Positions 22,330-36,225 of a DNA stretch of 64,000 bases are shown piece by piece. This DNA comes from Eledone cirrhosa (Eukaryota), in assembly GCA_964016885.1 (NCBI GenBank), contig OZ024740.1:192138001-192202000 (forward strand). The letters run 5' to 3'. Within the stretch, counting starts at the first letter, position 1. The number at the start of each line of letters is the position of its first letter. Below the pieces are notes generated by a model. It had not been told where the DNA came from, searched no databases, and saw only the letters and a program-made list of their open reading frames with translations. The position numbers were made by a program, and so were the translations under genes.

Positions 22330-23600
22330 CTTCGTCGAGTGCTCCAATCTGCATACGTGATACGTGAATAGTTTGAAGTAGTTGACGTCTCTTTTCCAGG
22401 CTACTCCACTGTTGAATAGGATGGTTTTCCAGCAATGCACAATGATCTTCCTGTCTAAATAATTCACTGAGGTGTAAATGATAGCAAAGTCAAACGCTTT
22501 GTTCAAAAGGGTCACAGAGATCCACGGGTAAAATTCCACAATGTCGAATTGAGTGAACTTCGCTTTATTGCAGCTGAAAGAGTTGAACCACTTAACGACA
22601 GAGTAATTGTTCTCCCAATGGGACAGTGGGGAATGCTAATAGCCTTAACTATATACCTAAGTATAGCCTTACTGACTAGCCCTATCTCCGCACGTGCCGG
22701 TCTCAGTAGTCTACGCATGCGATTAGAAGCAAAGTCTACCTTGTGATCTTTAAGGGTGAGAAAGGGATCACACTTAGCTAAGTATTGGAGTTTCTAATCT
22801 AACTTAAGGATGGAAGCTAAGTGCTTGGCTTCTTTGTTGACGTCGTGCAGGCCGTGGGGATCAGCCGTCTTTAAATCGTTTCAGGCCAAGTAGCTGTGTG
22901 TAGTATTATCGACTTCGTAAATGTTATTAGTTCTGTCAGAAAGGACGAAAGTATTAGTGGGAGACCTAAATGTCTTAATTCATTGCTAAGTTTGTTTCGA
23001 AGGTGCTAGAGTGTTTACTAAAGGAAATGTTACCAAGTAAATCAAGAAGGTCCACTTCGATGGGAGCGAGGTCAATTACAACAGGAAGATACGCTCTCAA
23101 GTTCAGGTTGTATGTGTTAGTGGTGCCTCTAATTTTACCATCGAAAGTTCGCTATCTTAATCATTTAACATCTTCCGCTTTGTGGAGGAGAAGCTCTGTG
23201 TAAACTTGGTTGGAAGGAGTGGGAATATTCTTCAGAGATTAATCCAGTTCATACAGAACCATTCAAACATTTGTGAGATACAATGTTATGCAAGACACGA
23301 ATATATAAGGGCGCTAACAGGGTAGAAAGACAAACTTCCACATTTGTGAAATTAATCTTCTGACCGGTGCTGGTGACGTTTATAATAATAGAAAACTGGT
23401 TGGTGATAGCCGTGTTAGCAGAGCACAGTCCATGGGACGCGTTTGGTAGAAGTAGTTCCAAAACAGTTAGTTCACCATTACAAAGAACAATTGTTTTACC
23501 ATATTCGGATCATCAGCTCGGTTTAAATGAGGTTGTACATAAAAACAAAAAACAACTGTACGAAACTTTCCTTTAAATGTACGCATTGCATAGCAAACCT
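22330..23600 (-). mobile_element. Penelope-like element remnant (N-terminal RT region)
   Basis: Minus-strand peptides TLKDHKVDF..RLLRPARAEIGLVSKAIL, QW.N..SVVKWF and FDIVEFYPWIS..LLNKAFDFA are typical of Penelope RT; frameshifted. Confidence 0.8.
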
Positions 23601-23747
23601 TATGTCTTTCATAACAATATTGCATGGTATTCACTACCACTTTAAGAAAACCTGAAGTTTCAATGGGATTGCTCGTAATGCCATGATCAGAACGGATGTC
23701 AGTTCCACATTGCTTTCTTGTATATCAAATATTTATATCTATCTATC

Positions 23748-23778
<31 letters not shown>

Positions 23779-23807
23779 AGTATAATTTTCTACACAAAAC
23801 GAAGGTT

Positions 23808-24639
23808 ATAGAGAAAATTGAGGTCGGTAATGGCACATGGAATATATAAGAGACAGAATACTTTTTTGTGAAAAAACATAATTTTATAAGGTAAGGAAAT
23901 AATAAAGGGTATACAAAATGACCGGTTTAAACCAAACAAATTTAAACCAAAACTAAACGGGTTATCACACCAATAGAATTGTCATAAAATATAAACACAC
24001 ATACGCACGGAATCACTACTATTAAAGACCAGAGACCAATTCTGTAGAATCACGTTTATTCGTTGACAGACCATGCCTTTGTGTGACCAACACATCCATG
24101 TTAAACCCTGCACGTGCACACACATATATCTATATATATATGCGCACACAGAATTCACCACTGTCGGTTGCGGGGCCCAATCTACATGAAGAACTCAACG
24201 TGATCAGAATGACTTGTATTTTAATTTCACTGTCCCAACTTCTTATATTATGGAAAAAATATATGTGTCTGTATGTATACATATATATATATTTGGAGGC
24301 CATTTCTCTGTGTGTGGGTGTATGTATGTGTATATGTGTGTGTGTGTATGTGTGTGCATGTGGATGTAGGTATTGTGTGTGCGTGTGTGTGTGTGTATGT
24401 ATGTGTGTATCTGGATGTATACGTATGTGTATATATATATATATATGCGTGTGTGTGTGTGTGTATATATATGTGTGTGTGTGTGTGTGTATGTATGTGT
24501 GTATCTGGATGTATGTGTATGTATATATATGTGTGTGTGTGTGTATATATATATATGTATATATATGTGTGTGTATGTGTATATATGTGTGTGTGTGTAT
24601 GTGTGTATGTATATGTATGTGTGTGTGTATGTATGTGTG

Positions 24640-24688
<49 letters not shown>

Positions 24689-25199
24689 GTATATGTATAT
24701 GTATGTATGTGTGGATGAAGGTATGTGTGTATATATAGGTGTAAGTGCACTAAATCCCTTTCTATCACGCTCCACTCTCCTACCCACCACAGGAAGATAT
24801 GTGTATGTATATTGCTTCCACCCCCTCACTGACCAGCAGCTGGCCAGTTGGCGATTGCTAAATCTGACCTTTATAAAATAACCCACACGCCAAATAACTT
24901 CTCATTCACTATCAGAAAGGGACACAGCAGTCAACCTGTTGTTGCTACCTAGATGAAAACTGCTATGAAATCCCACAATGAATTTTATACTTGAATTTTC
25001 AAATCTCAAATTTTAACTCTTCGTATTTTTAATTTTTCTTAATATTAATCAACATTTGAAAAGATGGCTTTTGCAGACCCATCGAAACCGGTCATTTTTT
25101 ATACCCTTTATTATTTCCTTACCTTATAAAATTATGTTTTTTCACAAAAAAGTATTCTGTCTCTTATATATTCCATGTGCCATTACCAACCTCAATTTT

Positions 25200-25204
<5 letters not shown>
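23808..25204. mobile_element. Non-autonomous foldback/TIR-like element with ~120 bp inverted repeats
   Basis: 23808-23928 is nearly the exact reverse complement of 25086-25204; the interior has a compound microsatellite and no ORF. Confidence 0.65.
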
Positions 25205-25274
<70 letters not shown>

Positions 25275-25986
25275 TGTGTGTGTCTGTGTGTGTGTTTATG
25301 TGTGTGTATGTGTGTGTGTGTGTGTGTGATGTGTATGTATATACAGGCATAACTTATGAGGATGATGTATTTTCCTGACGTACATCGAAGTATGCATGTT
25401 CAATATTCTTCTCAATTGAATTTATTATGCCTTAAATGGCTATTTATTCGAGCCTCTGATGTGCACATCAAGTCACATTTCTTGCAGACGGCAAGACATT
25501 GAGTGGATTGGGTGGAGTAGCATGGAATATTTAATCGGGTCTTGGTGTGATGTCTTAGATCACGAAGATCAGTCATAGGAGAAAGTTTATAGACCCCTAT
25601 ACCTTATTTGCAGTGCGTGTTCCATTTTCCATGGTTAATAGTTAGGGCTTCAAAAGACAGTGTACTAAATATAAACATACCATGTGAACTACAGATATCT
25701 AGAAAAATATCAATGTGTCCGAACACGGAAGAACCGAACTCCCACTCTCATTGGCTCCACCGCTCGCACCCTCCTCATGGGTAACATTTCTACATTGCTT
25801 TCTTGCATTTCAAACAATCGTACCATCGCCACTTTCAGTCAAACATACAGATCCTGCAAGGCCGACAGAGAAACAAAAACAGGAACAGCTCCTTCATTGA
25901 GACCTTGGAAAAAGATTAAGACTAAAAATATATCACTCTTTACTACTTAATATGTTTCGAATAACATTATATAACTTACATTATAA

Positions 25987-26176
25987 CGGCGGTGGATTGG
26001 AAGTATCGGTAGAGGGTCGGACGCCATGCTTTCCAGCATAATTACGTCCCTTTACGATCTGAGTTCAAATCCCGCCGAGGTTGACTTTGCCTTTCACCCT
26101 TACGGGGTCGATAAAATAAAGTACCAGTAATGCTCTGGCCAATTGCTGGCCTAGTGCCTAACGTAGACACAATTAT
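25987..26176 (+). mobile_element. tRNA-derived SINE
   Basis: A-box-like tggaagtatcgg, B-box gagttcaaatccc, shared body gactttgcctttca..ggggtcgataaaataaagtaccag; many copies in the window. Confidence 0.85.
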
Positions 26177-26442
26177 ATAACTTACATTAACAGGGAATGC
26201 TCATTGAAATGGCATATAAGCGCCAAAAGTTTAAAATTTAATTTAATGAACCACAACATTGTATATAAAAGAGTTCAAGCATAAACTTACAAATTATCTG
26301 AGGCAAAGTGTCTTGTGGGAATCGAAAACATCATACGATCCTTAAGTAATCACACTAACCATAAATCAAAATGCTTTCACATACACACAAACATCCCCGC
26401 ATCACGACTTACTCATACATTTGACCCTCCCAAAGTATAACA

Positions 26443-26556
<114 letters not shown>

Positions 26557-26719
26557 ATGTGTGTGTGTGTGTGTGAGGGTGTTTGTCTGTAATTGAGAGA
26601 GGTGCAGATAGAGAGAGGGAGAGAGAGAGCGAGAAAGAGAAAGAGAGAGACATTCTGCGTGTGTGGAAACAAGTTGATATTGGCTCTCCATTTATTTCTC
26701 CACTATATATATATATATA

Positions 26720-26915
26720 AATTAATATAAACAATGAATAAAAACAAAGAAACAGTTACTTATATTAACAAATTCGTCATTTTACGATCGTTTACGATCG
26801 TTTCTAGGATATATATGTGTTTGTTGGTATGTATAACATATAGATCTATGTAAAAATTTTACAAACTATCAGGGGAAATATACATACCTACACATATATA
26901 TGCTGTCTTCAGAAA
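26720..26915 (-). repeat. Dispersed ~190 bp repeat, reverse complement of 62045-62232
   Basis: Shared blocks tttacgatcgtttct, gttggtatg, atatagatctat, aaatatacatacct. Confidence 0.65.
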
Positions 26916-27129
26916 TAATTATTTCTACTTTAGCCACATGACCAGCAAATACCCAGTACATTACTGGTACTATTTCAGTAGTCCTTATAAAATTGGCAAT
27001 ATATAAACTCCGAAAAGTTGTTATATTACCGGTACTCGGTTTGAAGGCCGAAATTTCTATGGGTTATTTACTCTTCATCGCCGGACCTACGTTTATAGAT
27101 ATCTCTCTCTATATATATATATATACACG

Positions 27130-27202
<73 letters not shown>

Positions 27203-28414
27203 ATGGGAGGGGGAGTGAGAAAGGGTGAAAGTTAAAATTTGCAGGGATGTATCTATGATTTTATAGTCAGTAGATTGTTCAAATTGTTCTATACTTCTAG
27301 GAATTCAAATGAATTGTACTGAGTTCGAGAGTAAAGCAACGTCTATAAAAGCATGATTTTCACTTCTTTTGTGCCAATATCTACTATTTCGTCGAACAAT
27401 ATAAATATTTTCACTACATTACTATATATTTAGATTTTGTCTATTTCCATTTATTTAGTAATTTATTTAAGATACATGTCTATATAGTAGTCTATTACCG
27501 TACACAAGTGTTTGACGGAGATTTAAAAATCATGCAAAACATATGACATTAATGACCTATCTTCTATCTCAGATAGGAACCTTTTCTCCAAAGCCATTCC
27601 GGACTGATGTCAATAGAAATAAATCCTTACACTTAACAAGTTCTGCGTATTTTGAATGTTATTTCTTCTCTCAAATCTTAGCATTTCCCGCTTGAATGTG
27701 AATGAAATAATGAAAGATTCTTAAAATCATATTCGGAAAGATAAATAAAAAATAAAAAAAAAGATATTGTCCAGGAGGCCAAGTATGTAAAAAGACATTA
27801 CCATAATTCTACGCCACGTAAGCAGAACAAGAATATTTATGTTTTCTGCTTCACTTCAGATAACCTACAGTTGAGATGGAACTTTAACATACGAAGATAA
27901 AAGACATCGCAATGACAGCAAAAGTATCAGATTACCATTTTGAACTGAATATAATGGTCAAACGCTCGTAACAATAAGAATAATTGTAAGGCATATTCCG
28001 CTTCTATACCTCTCTTTAGCAATAAAATACACTAACATGTATAGGATAATTTGAATGTTTTTATTTGAAATAAGTTATCGAGTCATTGCATACATATAAT
28101 ACAATTATATATTTTATGTACTCGGGCTATATAAAATTATACTACGTACCTTTGTTACAAAATACAATTTTAATGTCTTCCAACATTCTGATTTATTAAA
28201 TCATTTATATTATTCATAATAAAATCACACACATTGCTTTCGGTGAATTAATATAAAATGAGCCAGCGTATAAGGTGGGGAGGCAGCACAATGCATCATA
28301 ACATAGTTTGTTTAAATATATTTCCTAGACTCATTTTTCATATACATGTCCGGCTTAACTGTTTAACAACGAATAACATTTTTTATTCCTAGATCACCCA
28401 TCAGAATAATTACA

Positions 28415-28476
28415 GGCAAAAGGTTTTTCTCACACAATGATCACAAACTTATATATATATATATACACACACACAT

Positions 28477-28512
<36 letters not shown>

Positions 28513-28538
28513 TCATTGTGTGAGAGAAACCTTTTGCC
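28415..28538. repeat. 26 bp inverted repeat enclosing a microsatellite
   Basis: ggcaaaaggtttttctcacacaatga versus tcattgtgtgagagaaaccttttgcc (1 mismatch). Confidence 0.8.
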
Positions 28539-28553
28539 ATATGCATATATATA

Positions 28554-28619
<66 letters not shown>

Positions 28620-29148
28620 AATTATAGAGTGTCCTCGAATACGACGATAGAAATTCAAAGTCATTCCTATAGAACTTACTTTTATTAAAAGACATCTATT
28701 TGGATCAGCACATTATTTTCAGATCTTTTTGTACCAATTTGAATAAAGTGATACGCCTCTCTATGTACTTAATAAATTATTTTCCTGTATCACATGATGA
28801 AAAACTTAGAAAGAAAGAAATATTTAAGGACTGGAAAACATAGAATGTAATACAATTCATGTTGGTTTGATAAGATTGTACACATCCCTGTGTAAAAACA
28901 TCATTTTGTGAAATGAAACTTGACTCTTGAATATACATATAATTATTAGAATCCTTTAGTTAATTATATAGTGTTTGTTAATCAAACGATGGTAAAATGT
29001 TAATGTGCTTAGCAGGACTTCATTGGTGAGCTAGTTTGATACACATGAGGTCCAATTTGAACATCAGTGTGTGAAAATCTGCTATAGATGTGAAAATAGG
29101 CTAAAGTTGAAAATTTCAGTAACGGCAAATGTTGCATGAATGTAGCAT

Positions 29149-29331
29149 GGATTGGCAGTATCGGTAGAGGGTCGGACACCATGCTTTGACGCATAGAGTT
29201 ATTTCCCTGGCCATTCTGAGTTCAAATCCCGCCGAGGCTAACTTTACCTTTCATCCTTACGGGATCGATAAAATAAGGTACCAGTAATACACTGAGTAAT
29301 TGCTGGCCTTGTGCCAAAAGTAGGAACAATT
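29149..29331 (+). mobile_element. tRNA-derived SINE
   Basis: Homologous to 25987-26176. Confidence 0.85.
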
Positions 29332-31199
29332 GTTTTATGTTGTTTTGTTGAAATTGATATGTACTATGAGATTTTTGAATACATTACTGGTTAAATATAA
29401 TTGGCTGTATGTATAATGTAATTTAAGGGAAAAACAGCACATAGTTGATGTTATTTATGATACGTCCATAGAGTTTTAAGGGTTTCCGTATGAATGTGTT
29501 GGATCAGTTGATGCCATTTCATGTGGGATATTTTGAGCATGATACATCTAATAACTTTAGCCTGTTTCTATATTCATGGAATTTGACGAAGATATTCTAG
29601 TTATCGTATGTATATAGTATATTCTAATTGATATGCTGTTTTTCGATATATAACAACATTCGACTATACTACAATGTTATCATATTATTTTAGACGTTTT
29701 CTGGGTTTGCTATTTCAGAAGTGCAATCATAGTTTTATTTGTATACTTCACATGTTTACAATATTTATTTATTTTTTAATTTTTATTGCATTTTCTTGTT
29801 AGAGTTTCTTACATTTTCCAACCCTGAGTTTCTTTATTAAGAGTTTTCTTAGGATTCGTGGTTACGTTATGCTATCTTTCTACATTCTGTATGGTTTTAT
29901 GAGTCTAATGTTGATGTGTAATTGCCTGTCGAATTGATTTGTATATTGTTCAAAGAAAATATATGGATTTCAACCGATCTTCGAACAAATGTGTGAAATA
30001 TGCTTTCCCAATGCTCAGCATCTGTAGTTTATCGCTTCATGTGCGTAATAGTCGTCCCTTCGATTTCCTGCTAGGAATATTATACGAAATACTAAATTGC
30101 CAACTATATTCCGTCTGTTTTAAAAGTGGATGGATCATGGCAGTGTTCAAGCGGTTGTGTTGCAGATCAATTAAGAACACCATAGTAGTTGTTGTTATGA
30201 GAGTTCACAGCCTCAATTCGTTAATGTGCAACAGGAAATGTTAAGGCAAAAATGCCGTACCTTGGAGCATACCGGTTTCATATAATTTGCGTCAAACAGA
30301 ACATCATCAACTCATTCTCTAATAGTGCGTTTGAGAAGATGATTTTCAGTCCAGCAAATGAGTGACATTACAATATGGACAGACTGTTTTGCTAATAGGT
30401 GTCCACTAGAGTTCTCATAAACAAGGCCCATAATGTAGTACTGGTTTTCAGTAGTGAAGGAAAGAGATCCAAATCTAACATAAAAACACTTGAAAGAAAA
30501 CAAACATGTACTTTATATACCCTGTTGTTATTTATGAGTAAAATCTACGAGGCATTTCAAAAACCAAACTACATAATCTGATTATAAATACTGAAGTGTT
30601 CGTTTATTTATAGCTTTGATAAAATAATATAATTGGATGTAGGATTATAAAAACAATTGATTAGAGAATGAGTATTAGTTAACCGTCGTCTGTTCGTTTG
30701 ATGTTGCGTTTCTTCCTAATATCAAGAGATGTAACAAGATTTCATCAAAGAAAACTTTTCTTACATAAAAATTGGAAATTACAATAAAAAACACATTTTT
30801 ATTAAATTTCTTTTATTGCAACGTACTAGATCACGTGGTCAAGTACGATGTCGTATTAGAAGAGACAAGTATGGTTTAAACGAACTTTTTGCACAACAAA
30901 AACCTAACTTAAAAATATAATCAATTTTCCAATTTCCATGAAAATTAAAAGATTGCTATCCTTTGAAGATTTCAAACAAAACTATGTAATTATAATAATG
31001 TCATCAACAATAAGGAGTTTAGAAATTAAATTCTGTTAATGTTTCCACGAGGACGCAATTAAATTATTAAATTAGTTTTTATTAGTTTCAAATAGGAATG
31101 GCAGGGGATCTTTATAATGGGGAGAACTAACCTGACATAACAAGTTGGCATTCCCCCTCCTGCTGGTGTGTTAACCTATTTGTTTCACATGTATGTGTT

Positions 31200-34100
31200 A
31201 TTGTTGTTGTTGTTATTATCATTATTATTGTTTTTTTATTTTCTTTCATTACTTTTCTGAGATATATGCCGAGTATCTTCCTGACACCTAGGGCATATAA
31301 ATTCAATGTGTGCATTCGTAAGCCAGTCAATACAGCACATTGATTATAATTGAAAAGAAAAGACAGTATATATATATATATATATACATGTGCATATGCA
31401 TATGTAAATACAAGGAGGGATATCAATCTTACAGAGATATTGCTATTCTCAATACGAGTGCTGTACCAGTCAAAACAATATTTTGCACCTCGTGCAGAGA
31501 GGGTAAACCAGGAATCATTCGCAAATATTGTTCTGTTCCTTTATTTATCATTCCCAGTCCTCCCAGAATCACTGGTATTGTAACGGCCTTGAATTGCCAC
31601 ATTTTCTCAATTTCAATAAGCAGATCTTTATATTTTCGTAGCTTGTCAAATTATTTTGCCGCGATATTGTGATCACATGGGATGCTCATATCTATCAATA
31701 AACAAAATACCTTGTTATGTGGATCTTTTACAATGATGTCAGGTCTATTTGCTTTTATGGTCCTGTCAGTATGTACAGGAAAGTCCCAGAGAAGTGTTAC
31801 TTTTTCTCCTTCAGTTACAGCCTCAGGGTGATGATTGTACCACTTGTCTTCAGCTTTGATTGTGTAATGCCGACATATTACCCAGTGTAGATATTGGCCA
31901 ACTCTGTCATGTCTATATTTGTATTCTACTGGTGCTAAAACTTTACATCCAGAGACTAAGTGATCCACTGTTTCAACCTCAGAATTGCAGAATCGGCACT
32001 TTAGGTTTATTCCGTTTCTCATCACATTGGCCTGGTAATTACGAGTCAATAAGCTTTGATCTTGGGCAGCTAAGATAAAGCCTTCACTCTCCGCCTTTAG
32101 CCCTGAACTGCATAGTCACTGTTGGGTGTGCTTTTGGTCAACATCAGCTTGTCTGCTACAGGCCACATATTTGCCATCAGAGGTTTCTGCTCCTAATTTG
32201 ATGCTAATTGTCCTTGCCCTTTTGCTTTTGCCAGTAATTGTATGTGCCTAGCAGTATCAGTTGCAACAGTTTATTTAGTCTGTCCAGTATCAAGCATGAG
32301 ATCAGCAGCATATTTGTTGCTCTCCCTCAAGATAGAATGACGCTTCTTACTTCTCTCATGCTTTTCAACAAGTTTCAGCATACAGTCGTTAGTTGTTTCA
32401 AGGTATTTGGCTAGTCAAATGATGGTGGTTTTATTAGCACGTTCAAATTGGATCTGGCCACGGCCTTCTTGAGATCTAGGAAGGTAAAGATGATCCACAT
32501 CTGCTTTTGGGTGGTGCATCCTATCACAGGTCAGTAGCTTACGGACTTTGGTGTCGATTCTTTTGATTTCACTCATATTCCAGTTCAACACACCGAAGTA
32601 TAAGTGAGAACTGGGACTGCCAAGGTATTTATGGCTAGCACCTTGTTACGAGCGTTTAGTTCTGATCTCAGAACTGCACGTACTCTCCTGTAACATCTTT
32701 TCATATTCTCTTTCATACTTGCATGATGTATGTCAGAGCTCTCATTAATCCCTAAGTATTTAAAGGTTTGTTCCTGTTCAAGTTCCTTTATGATTGTTTC
32801 AGCATTCAATTCAACTGAGTCTGAGGTGACAAGCTTCCCTTCTTGAAAGTGGCTTTTGGACACTTGTCAAGTCCAAACTCCATCTTGATGTCATCGCTAA
32901 ATGTTTTTACTGTCCGCAAAAGGCCTTCCAGTTTGTCATTATCTTTGCAATATAGCTTCAAATTATCCATATAAAATAGGTGGCTTATTTGTTTGTTGTC
33001 AATTCTATAACCGTACCCTGTTCTATTAAGTTTGGATGTAAGGGGTATTAAAGCTATGCAGAAAAGCAAGGGTGAAAGTGAGTCACCCTGTAATATACCA
33101 CAGTTGATGTTTATATTCCTAGAGCGCAGCACCCCAGTGGAATGAGAAAATTGGAGATTTGTGTTCCATAATGACATATTGTGTTTCAGGAAGTTTGAGG
33201 TCGCAGTCGAGATTTGGAAGATCAACAGTGATCTCAGAAACCATGAGTGCGGTATGCTGACAAAGGCTTTTTTCATAATCGATCCATGCAGAACTGAGAT
33301 ATCTGTGTTTATTATGACAGTTCTCAAGGATCATACGATTAATCAAAAGTTGATCTTTGCAACCATATGAACCTCGTCGGCCCCCTTTTTGTTCAATGGG
33401 GAAAGATTGTTCTTCTCCAAAAACACGTATGCTTTTTTCCAGGAGAATAGAGGTTAATACTTTATAAGTGTTATGGGCCGATATTTTTTTGGATCTTTGG
33501 TTTCGTTGTTCTTTGGTAGAAGGTAGTAAAGCCACTTGCTATCCAATCAGGTCTATTGTTTGGATCTTTCATAATTCCATTAAACAGCTTGACCAATATA
33601 TTGTGAGTGCACGGGAATGAGGAAAGCCAGAAATTTGGCACCCTGTCTCTACCAGGAGATTTCCATTTAAGATATTTATTGAGTTTTGCCTTAAGTCCGC
33701 TACAGAGATGTATTCCCACGCCTGTTCTAAATTTGTGTAGAATTTTTCCAGGCGACTAATCCAGTCTACATTAGCATTATATGTTTTCTCATCACTCCAT
33801 ATCTTACTCCAGAAGTTTTCAACTTCTCCTATGGACGGGAGGGGGCGGGGGGGGGGGGGGGGGTGTCTTCAATAATTTGTTTTTCTTCACAACTTCTCTA
33901 TAAAATAACTTGGCATTGGATGAGAACAACTTATTTTGCCTGTAGAAGCTGTTTCGCTTCTCGAATCTACGAATTCGTTGGGCTTACACTTTTTGGGGAC
34001 TATTTTGTTTCAGAGATTCTTTTGTTGAAACTATTGCTTCTCTAGAAGACATATTTTCATATTTTCTCTTTAGCTTTCTTAGCTTCTTGGATCTTATATC

Positions 34101-35374
34101 ATTTGCAGCGGTTAACTCACTCAATAAAGATATTTCTCATCTCATTGCATCAATCTCCTTTTGGATTCTACCCCTCCAAATTAGTTTACCTCATAGATTC
34201 TACTGTTTTTGTATTTTTAGTGGTAAGCAACTTGTTTCAATTACTCTAGCAGATGCATAAATGATTTCATTTAAATCAGTAAGATCAGGTTCGATTTCTT
34301 CTATGATTTCTTTTGTCACAGAATTCCCAATCAGTATTTGTTGGATTGGCAGTATCGGTAGAGGGTCGGACGCCATGCTTTCCAGCATAGTTACGTCCCT
34401 TTACGATCTTAGTTCAAATCACGCCGAGGTTGACTTTGCCTTTCATCCTTACAGGGTCGATAAAATAAAGTACCAGTGATGCACTCGGTAATTGCTGGCC
34501 TTGTGCCTAAGGTAGAAACAATTATTTGTTTTCTATCTTGGATTGTATTTGGGAGTTTTTGAAGAGGTTCTCTATCATATATACTAGAATGTCTTACTAC
34601 TGCAAGCTCATTCAGTATTTTTGCTTTAATTCCTTTATAGTCTCCATGTGTTCTTCAGCAGATGTTTGGTTTTCAATTACTGTTTCTAAGTCCCTCTCCT
34701 GGCTATTTTCAGCGGGTTCAATAGGGCTTCTCATTTCTACAAACCTATTTCTGATTTGGTCAGATGGATGTCTTTCAGTAAAGACTTGTGACTGGTTACT
34801 ATCTCCAGGAGATTCTTCAGTTCATTCATCATTTATATTTATGTCATTCTACACAGCCTGCTTGATCACAGTTAGTTCAGTGTCTGTGAGTCTATTATTT
34901 CTGGAGGTATACCTCCTTACATTTGCCAACTTATTACCATCCATATCACGTCTGCTAGCTTGATTCCGAGTTTTCCATATTTTTTAGTGTGTCTGTCTTG
35001 TGATGGCTTACCTATTGCATAGTAATATGCATATATTACTTCTTTAAGGTCCATTTCATCCTTTTAGGTTTTTCTTTTTGAGATGGTTTGGGTGGTGGAT
35101 CTGGAGGGCTCGAGTTGGGTCAATCCCCGATCAAGTGACCATCCAGGTCCATAATTGGAGAAGAGTTTGTGCCAGAGGAGGACTTTTCGATCTCAGGTTG
35201 GCACCTTCCTGAGGGACGCGCTTCCTAATTAACCATAGGAAAAGCAATTTGGTATTGTGTATTTATTTGTATTTGTTCATCTCGCAGTACATGCTTACGT
35301 TACGCGTGGTATTCGACGTACATGGAAAGTTGCCCGGCTCTTTGGGTAGTGCATTTGCTGGCTGGCACTGAGAT
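31200..35374 (-). mobile_element. R4/Dong-like non-LTR retrotransposon, family C, near full length but decayed
   Basis: RT (WKSPGRD, GILQGDSLSPLLF, HLFYMDNLKL), CCHC (CRFCNSEVETVDHLVSGC), endonuclease (RPDIIVKD..LIDMSIP); ORF ~35235 to 31429; TAA-rich tail at ~31200-31230. Confidence 0.9.
34343..34522 (+). mobile_element. tRNA-derived SINE inserted in the R4-like element, 8 bp target-site duplication
   Basis: tatttgtt at 34335-34342 and 34523-34530 flanks the SINE. Confidence 0.9.
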
Positions 35375-36109
35375 CATTATTACTATTATAGCAGTATAGT
35401 TATGGTCATTGCTGTTGTTGATTGAGGTTATATTGTTATGGTTGCAGCTGTAAGAGATGTACGAGAATTTGTTCAACTGTTCTTGTGTTGTGAGTGGGGT
35501 TAGTGGTGGTGGCAGAGGAGTGGGGGTGCTTGGAGTGGTAGTGGGTAGGGTGACATTGTAGCTTATAGGAGTTGCTTCTCCGGTGTTATTTTCTGTTTAT
35601 TTTGAGTTTGAGGTGAAAATGGGGTGCTAGTATTCTTTTTTTTTCTTCCCCTTTGTTTTTTCCGTTATGTGGGCTCCATACACATACATACATATACACT
35701 CACACGTGCATACTGATACACACGTATCTATATACACAAATATATATATACCCACACATTAGACACGAGAAGGGAGGTAGGCCCAGTCAGTGACATTAGT
35801 CTAAAAATAGATTGGGGATTTATTGGTGTGAATGTGTGAAGAAGTGGTTGTGAATGTGGTGGTGGGAGAGAGAAGTGCTATTTCAACTGTCCATTTTCCT
35901 TTAAAAATCTGAAATTTAACCACGATCGACCAAAATGTAAATAGAATAAAATTGTATTGGGGAAATATTAAAAAAATATATATGCACCTTTCACAGCTTC
36001 AGCCACAGAGATGATTGCATAGTAATTAGTCGGATTTTTTTTATTAAACCGAACTTATCCCCCGAAATACACTGTTTTCCGATCTATATCTGTTTCTTTT
36101 CTTCAAATA

Positions 36110-36225
36110 ATTGTTTCTACTTTTTGCACAAGGCCAGCAATAAACCAGTACATTACTGGTACTTTATTTTATCGACCCCGTAAGGATGAAAGGCAAAGTT
36201 AACGTCGGCGGGAATTCAACTCAGT
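36110..36225 (-). mobile_element. SINE 3' fragment
   Basis: Reverse complement of the SINE body. Confidence 0.75.

Noticed and set aside
24083-24886. Long ORFs rich in YI/CV/HT (also ~18000-18430, 26400-26730, 62935-63250, poly-I at 43340-43450)
   Set aside because: These are translations of microsatellites, not genes.
25987-26075. tRNA gene
   Set aside because: A/B boxes belong to a multi-copy SINE head; no convincing cloverleaf.
29939-30270. Possible THAP-like remnant (W..AV, AVP)
   Set aside because: The C2CH ligands are not recoverable; too weak to call.
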